A DNA stretch of 64,000 bases, from the NCBI RefSeq assembly GCF_020745735.1, contig NC_083435.1, forward strand, positions 38,527,090 to 38,591,089. Reading direction: 5' to 3'. This document shows positions 58,571 through 64,000 of this stretch, piece by piece. The notes beneath the pieces were generated by a model that did not search any database, had not been told where the DNA came from, and saw only the letters and a program-made list of their open reading frames with translations. The stretch is from Hemiscyllium ocellatum. Its lineage: Eukaryota. A program made the translations under genes and the position numbers. Within the stretch, counting starts at the first letter, position 1. Each line of letters opens with the position of its first letter.

Positions 58571-59080
58571 ACATGAATGATGTCAGTTCATTGAGCTGTT
58601 CATGGTGTCTCTCAGAATTCATTAAAACTTGTACAAATCCAGAACGCTGTTTTTGTCATCGTAGTTGTACTTTTACCATCTTGTCCCAACACTGTATCCT
58701 CTACACAGTGCTATTTGATGAACACAGCGGAATTCAGTGCTCTCCTGGATAGTAATGGAATTCCTTATCTCTTGGGCACCAGGGTTAACTCCGTCTAGAA
58801 GGGGAGGCAAAATAGAGAGGGAGTGGCGATTTTAATTTGGTAAAACATCACAGCAGTACTTAGAGAAGATAATCCTGTTGGAATCATCCAGTGAAACTAT
58901 TTGGGTGGAACTGAGAAATAAGAAGGGGGGTGATCACTTTGATGGGAATGTACAATAGGTTCCCCAATAGTCAGCATAAAATTGAGGAGCAAATACGCAG
59001 GGAATAATACGCAGAATAATAGGGTTGTAATAAGTAGAGAATTTTAACCAGTTCTATTCGTTTTTAAATAGTCATAGTCA

Positions 59081-59293
59081 GAAGCCACATGACACCAGGT
59101 TATAGTGCAACAGGTTTATTTGAAATCACAAGCTTTCAGAGCACAGCCCCTTTATCAGGGACCTGACTGACCTGCCAAAGGGGCGGCATATCGAAAGCTT
59201 GTGATTTCAAATAAACCTGTTGGACTACAACCTGGTGTTGTGTGACTTCTTCTGAGTTTGTCCACCCCAGTCCAACACCATTACTTCCACATT
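59081..59293. mobile_element. Third-family PLE hairpin insertion
   Basis: 57-bp imperfect inverted arms 59081-59137 and 59193-59249 (…GAAATCACAAGCTTTC / GAAAGCTTGTGATTTC…), tail 59250-59293 on one side; hammerhead cores decayed (CTGATAA). Confidence 0.75.
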
Positions 59294-59420
59294 GTAAATC
59301 ATCGTGCAAATGAATAGGCCTGGTCAACAAGTTAAAGTTCTAAATAGGGGCAAGGCAGGAATTCTAAAAAGTTGATTGCAGGTAAAGGGACATCTCATAA
59401 GTGGGAGGCTTTCCAAAGCA

Positions 59421-60155
59421 AGATAGAGTCATAGAGATGTACAGCATGGAAACAGACCCTTCGGTCCAACCCGTCCATGTCGACCAGATATCCCAGCCCA
59501 ATCTAGTCCCACCTGCCAGCACCCGGCCCATATCCCTCCAAACCCTTCCTATTCATATACCCATCCAAATGTCTCTTAAATGTTGCAATTGTACCAGCCT
59601 CCACCACATCCTCTGGCAGTTCATTCCATACACGTACCACCCTCTGTGTGAAAACGTTGCCCCTTAGGTCTCTTTTATATCTTTCCCCTCTCACCCTAAA
59701 CCTATGCCCTCTAGTTCTGGATTCCCCGACCCCAGGGAAAAAACTTTGCCTATTTACCCTATTCATTCCCCTCATAATTTTGTAAACCTCGATAAGGTCA
59801 CCCCTCAGCCACTGACGCTCCAGGGAAAACAGCCCCAGTCTGTTCAGCCTCTCCCTGTAGCTCAGATCCTCCAACCCTGGCAACATCCTTGTAAATCTTT
59901 TCTGAACCCTTTCAAGTTTCACAACACCTTTCCGATAGGAAGGAGACCAGAATTGCATGCAATATTCCAACAGTGGCCTAACCAATGTCCTGTACAGCTG
60001 CAACATGACCTCCCAACTCCTGTATTCAATACTCTGACCAATAAAGGAAAGCATACCTTCTTCACTATCCTATCTATTTGCCGCTCTACTTTCGAGGAGC
60101 TATGAACCTGCACTCCAAGGTCTCTTTGTTCACCAACACTCCCTAGGACCTTACC
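59421..60155 (-). mobile_element. Young HER1/CR1 LINE 3' fragment nested in the older CR1
   Basis: Uninterrupted 183-aa ORF 59503-60054 (QLYRTLVRPLLEYCMQFWSP...RHLDGYMN); tail TCTATGACTCTATC on minus strand. Confidence 0.92.
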
Positions 60156-61912
60156 ATATAACGGAAGTTCAGGGATAGGGTGTTCGGGCACCCTGTTAGT
60201 TTGTAGGGCAAGGCTGGCAGGAATAGGAAACACTGGATGATCAGAGATATTGAGGCTCTGGTCGAGAAAAAGGACGGAGGCATGTCAGGTTTAGACAGCT
60301 AGGATGAAGTGAGTCCCTTGAGGAGTATAGGGGGAGTAGGAGTATTCCTAAGAGGGAAATCAGGATGGAAAGAAGGAGGATATGTGGTAACTTTGGCAGA
60401 TAAGGTGAAGGAAAATCCAAAGAAACCCCATAAGTATATTAAGGGCAAAAGAATAACTAGGGAGAGAATAGTGCCCTTTATATGCCATCTATATGTGGAA
60501 CCACAGGAAATGGGTGAGATCCTAAACCAATATTTTGCAAAATGTTAACTGTAGAGAAAGACAAGGCAGCTAGGGAATCAGGGAAATAAATGTTGATGCC
60601 GTGAAAAGATTCCACATTACAGAAGAGGAGGTGCTGGAAGTCTAAAACACACAAAGGTCGATAAGTTGGTGGATGACAACTACACTCGTGGTATCGTGGA
60701 TAGTGAAGAAAGTTATCTGAGAGTATAATAGGATCTTGATCAACTGGGCCAGTGGGCCAGGGAATGTGAGGTAAGACAAATCAGGGCAGGACTTATACAC
60801 TTAATGGTAGGGTCCTGGGGAATGTTGTTGAACAGAGAGATGTATGGGTTCAGGTACATAGTTCCTTGGAAGTGGCATAATGGGTAGACAGGGTGGTGAA
60901 GTAGGTATTTGGCACACTTGCCTTCATCAGTCAGAGCATTGAGTATTGGGCAAATATGTCGGGAAATCAGGTTGGGGCATCAGGTTTTGGCTATAAAGAT
61001 ATTGGTAAGGCAGTTTTTGAAGTACTGTTTACAATTCTGGTTGTCATGCTTTAGGAAAGATGTTATGAAACTGGAAAGGGTGCAAAAAAAGATTTACAAA
61101 GGTATAACTGAGACTAGAGGGCTGGAGTTATGAGAGGCAGAATAAGCTGGGGCATTTTTTCTGAAATGTAGGAGGCTGAAGGGTGACCTTATCGAGAGGT
61201 TTATAAAATCTCAAGGGACATGTATAGGGTGAGGTCAGGGTCTTTTCTATGGGGTGAGGGAATCCAGAACTAGAGGGCATAGGTTTGGGGTGCGAAGGGA
61301 AAAATTTAAAAGGGACCTTGTTCACACAGAGGGTGTTGTGTATATGGAATGAGCACCTACAGGAAGTGGACAAGGTCTGTGTGATTACAATATTTAAATG
61401 ATATTTGTACAGGTACATAGATAGATAGAATGTGTTTAGAGAAATATGGGTCAAATGCAGACAGGTGGGATGAGTTCTGTTTAGGAAGCCTGTTCTGTAT
61501 GGACGAGTTGGGATGAAAGATCTATGAATCTGTGCTATGTCCCTCTGTGAATCAATGACTAGGAAGGCTGGTGAGGATGAGGTGAGCACCAAACCCATCT
61601 GTCCATCCTCACCCTCAAATCCCCATTACACGAATCCTGGGAGCCTTTAAAAATCCCAAGCTGTGTGACAATATCTCCCAAAACCAACATGAAATAGATA
61701 AAAAGACATGATGAGGAAAAAAAAAGACTAGAGCTCGTCAACACTCCAGTAGGTCAGCCGGAAGAAGTTTTTAGATGAGGTTTATTATCCAAAAGGAGTG
61801 ATACTCTTGACAAGGGAGGCTAAGTTTCCGATGTGGAGCCAGGTGATTGCATCATGAGTTAGGAACAGTAATGATCTTACAATACATTCCAGCATGCTGA
61901 CCCATCATTCAG

Positions 61913-62599
61913 TGTTATGATATGGGGTAAAACCTTCTGCTAATTAAACCAAACACCCAGAAAAGCTCAACTTGCCTCATAATCTGTTAAAGTATAAGTG
62001 ACAGGGAACTCCCAAATTCCACTGTTTAAAAAAATCTTTAACTCCAAAGGAGAACATTAAACAATAATTATTTACAAATGTAAGGCTCCTTTCTCTTAAA
62101 AACGTATCCACCTCCCACTCTATAGCAATATACTGATCCAATAAAGCCCCTATTAAATTTACATCAGCTTAATTTTCAAAACCTAACAACAACTGCCTGG
62201 TTTCTGGTGTTGATCTTCCTCTGTTTCCCTGTATTATCTTAGGTCTTCTGCTGTAAAGATTTTTCATGTGAAAAAGGGTACCTTTCAGAGAGAAGAGTTG
62301 TGGGCAGTCTGGATGACAATAGCTAACTGTTGAAAATGCCTGCTTTTATACCCCAAAACATTGGTTCATCTAATTGGTTTGATGCGGTCAAAACATTAAA
62401 ATTCAAATTTGATTGGGTTTTAGTATCTTGGGGCATAATTAAGACTGATTAGCTAAATTCAAATTGTTTTGAAAACATAGCAACCCCAAGTCCTGGTAGT
62501 TGTTTCACAGCCAAATACTTTCAATATTCTAGTACACTAGGTGCTTGCCAGCATTCACGCTTTCTTAAAGGTATAATACATGCCTACAACTTCATAACA
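61913..62599 (-). mobile_element. Solo LTR, 687 bp
   Basis: Perfect 8-bp inverted termini TGTTATGA/TCATAACA; flanks TTCAG/TTGAG (TSD with one mismatch). Orientation inferred from similarity to the end at 41280. Confidence 0.75.
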
Positions 62600-62849
62600 T
62601 TGAGTATGATGATATTTATGGAAGCCTCCTCTTCCAGTGAGTTGTTTAATCAGGGAGAAAAAAATTAACCAGGAGATTAACTTCTACTCCTGTGAGGTCT
62701 GACTCCGAGCTGGCTGGCCATAGCCAATGTGTACTATGGGTTTTTATTTTCTGAGAGAAAAAAATATAAGCAGGAGATTAGAATCTCCTCAGTCGAGAAT
62801 TGAATCTGATGAAAGAAAAAAAGAATGAGTTGTTTAATTGTCCACCTCT

Positions 62850-64000
62850 AATTCATGACTGGATGTGACACGACTGCAGAGCTCAGATCTGATCCATTGG
62901 TTGTGAGATCACTTAGCTCTGTCTGTCTCTTGCTGCTCATGCTGCCTGTCATGCAAGTCGTTCTGTCTGGTGGCTTCACAAGGTTGACACCTCATCTTCA
63001 GGTATATCTGGTGCTGCTCCTGGCATGCCCTCCTCAACTCTCCATTGAACCAGGGTTGATCCCCTGGCTTATGGTAATGGTTGAGTGGGGAATATGCTGG
63101 GCCTTGAGGTTACAGTTCTGCTGCTGTTGATGGCCCACAGCGCCTCATGCATGCCCAGTCTTGAGTTGCTAGGTCTGTTCGAAGTCTGTTCTATTTAGCA
63201 CAGTGACAATGCCGCACAACACTATGGAGGGTATTCTCAATGTGAAGATAGGACTTTGACTCCACGAGGAGTGTGCAGTGGTTGCTCTTACCAATACCGA
63301 TATGGACAGATACGTCTGCAGCCGGCTTCCTTCAAGTGTTGTTCAACATGGAGGAGTACTGATTCATCAGGACAGTATGTAGTAATCAGCCGGAGGTTAT
63401 GTTGCCATATTTAACCTGAAGACGCAAGACTTCATGAGATCTGGAGTCAATGTTGTGCCTCCCAGAGCGACTCCCTCCTGACTGTATCCCACTGTCCTCT
63501 GCTGGGTCTGTCCTGACAGTGAGACAGCAATCATTAGAGTGGTGCTAAAAAAGCACAGCAGGTCAGGCAGCATCTGAGGAGCAGGAAAAAACTTTCTGTG
63601 CTTTTCCAACACTATTCTAATCTTGACTCTAATCTCCAGCATCTATAGTACCTACTTTCGCCAAGTGAGGCAAGACATATCTAGGGATGGTGATAGTGTC
63701 TGGGTCATTATCTGTAAGGTAGGATTCATGAGTATGACTATATAATGCTGTTGAATGACAATTTTGGCACCAACCCCCCAGATGTTAGTAGGGAGGCCTT
63801 TGCAAGGTCTTTTCCAGTGCCTGGGCTGATGCCAGGCGATCCGTCCAGTTCAATTTCTTTGAGACTTTGTAGCGATTGGTACAACTGAATTGGCTTGCTA
63901 AGGGCAGTTGAGAGTCAACCCAATTGCTGGTGTTCTGGAGTCACATGTAGGGCAAGTCAGGTAAGGATGGCAGATTTCCTTCCCTGAAGGACATTAGTGA
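62850..64000 (-). mobile_element. 5' part of a CR1-group LINE (APE endonuclease and linker) preceded by Deu-like sequence; small PLE hairpin nested at 63533-63662
   Basis: Minus-strand translation fragments IVIL..SYLTDNDPDTITIPRYVLPH, TVGYSQEGVALG and RRACQEQHQIYLKMRCQP; Deu-like block at 63900-64000 runs off the window. Confidence 0.7.

Larger units (their letters stand above)
58770..61560 (+). mobile_element. Old CR1 LINE (endonuclease to 3' end, deleted and degenerate) hosting two nested insertions
   Basis: ACTATTTGGGTGGAACTGAGAAATAAG (endonuclease), VKENPKKPHKYIKGKRITRE linker, LQFWLSCFRKDVMKLERVQK, CR1 tail near 61500-61540. Confidence 0.85.

Noticed and set aside
43240-59250. Functional hammerheads in the hairpins at 43111 and 59081, and in the termini at 27540 and 33340
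   Set aside because: Core or palindrome mutated (GTGCAGGA, CTGATAA, GAAACAT, GAAATGT).

Overview
Cartilaginous-fish (shark-type) genomic DNA, judged from the HE1-like SINEs, HER1/CR1 LINEs and the gene itself; species not determinable. The one host gene is an intact MHC class II alpha chain gene on the + strand: four coding exons (31932-31998, 38348-38596, 47332-47613, 54920-55065) splice in phase 1 into a 744-nt ORF (247 aa). It has an X/Y-box promoter and a donor site just after the stop codon. The first ~20.4 kb is a hexamer-based tandem array (30/36-bp units, mosaic kb-scale duplications) that produces most of the Pro/Val/Asp and Gly/Thr/Ser ORFs, which I judge non-coding. The rest is dense with retroelement debris: Penelope-like elements (PLEs) of about three families, several as hairpin insertions with 14-15-bp target-site duplications (TSDs) and minimal hammerhead-ribozyme cores; CR1, L2, RTE and Tx1/L1 fragments; V-SINEs and a Deu-SINE; solo LTRs; a Gypsy pol remnant; a 67-bp minisatellite; and CA-rich arrays. 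No class II beta gene is visible. Family names come from recalled motifs, not database searches, and most repeat boundaries are approximate.
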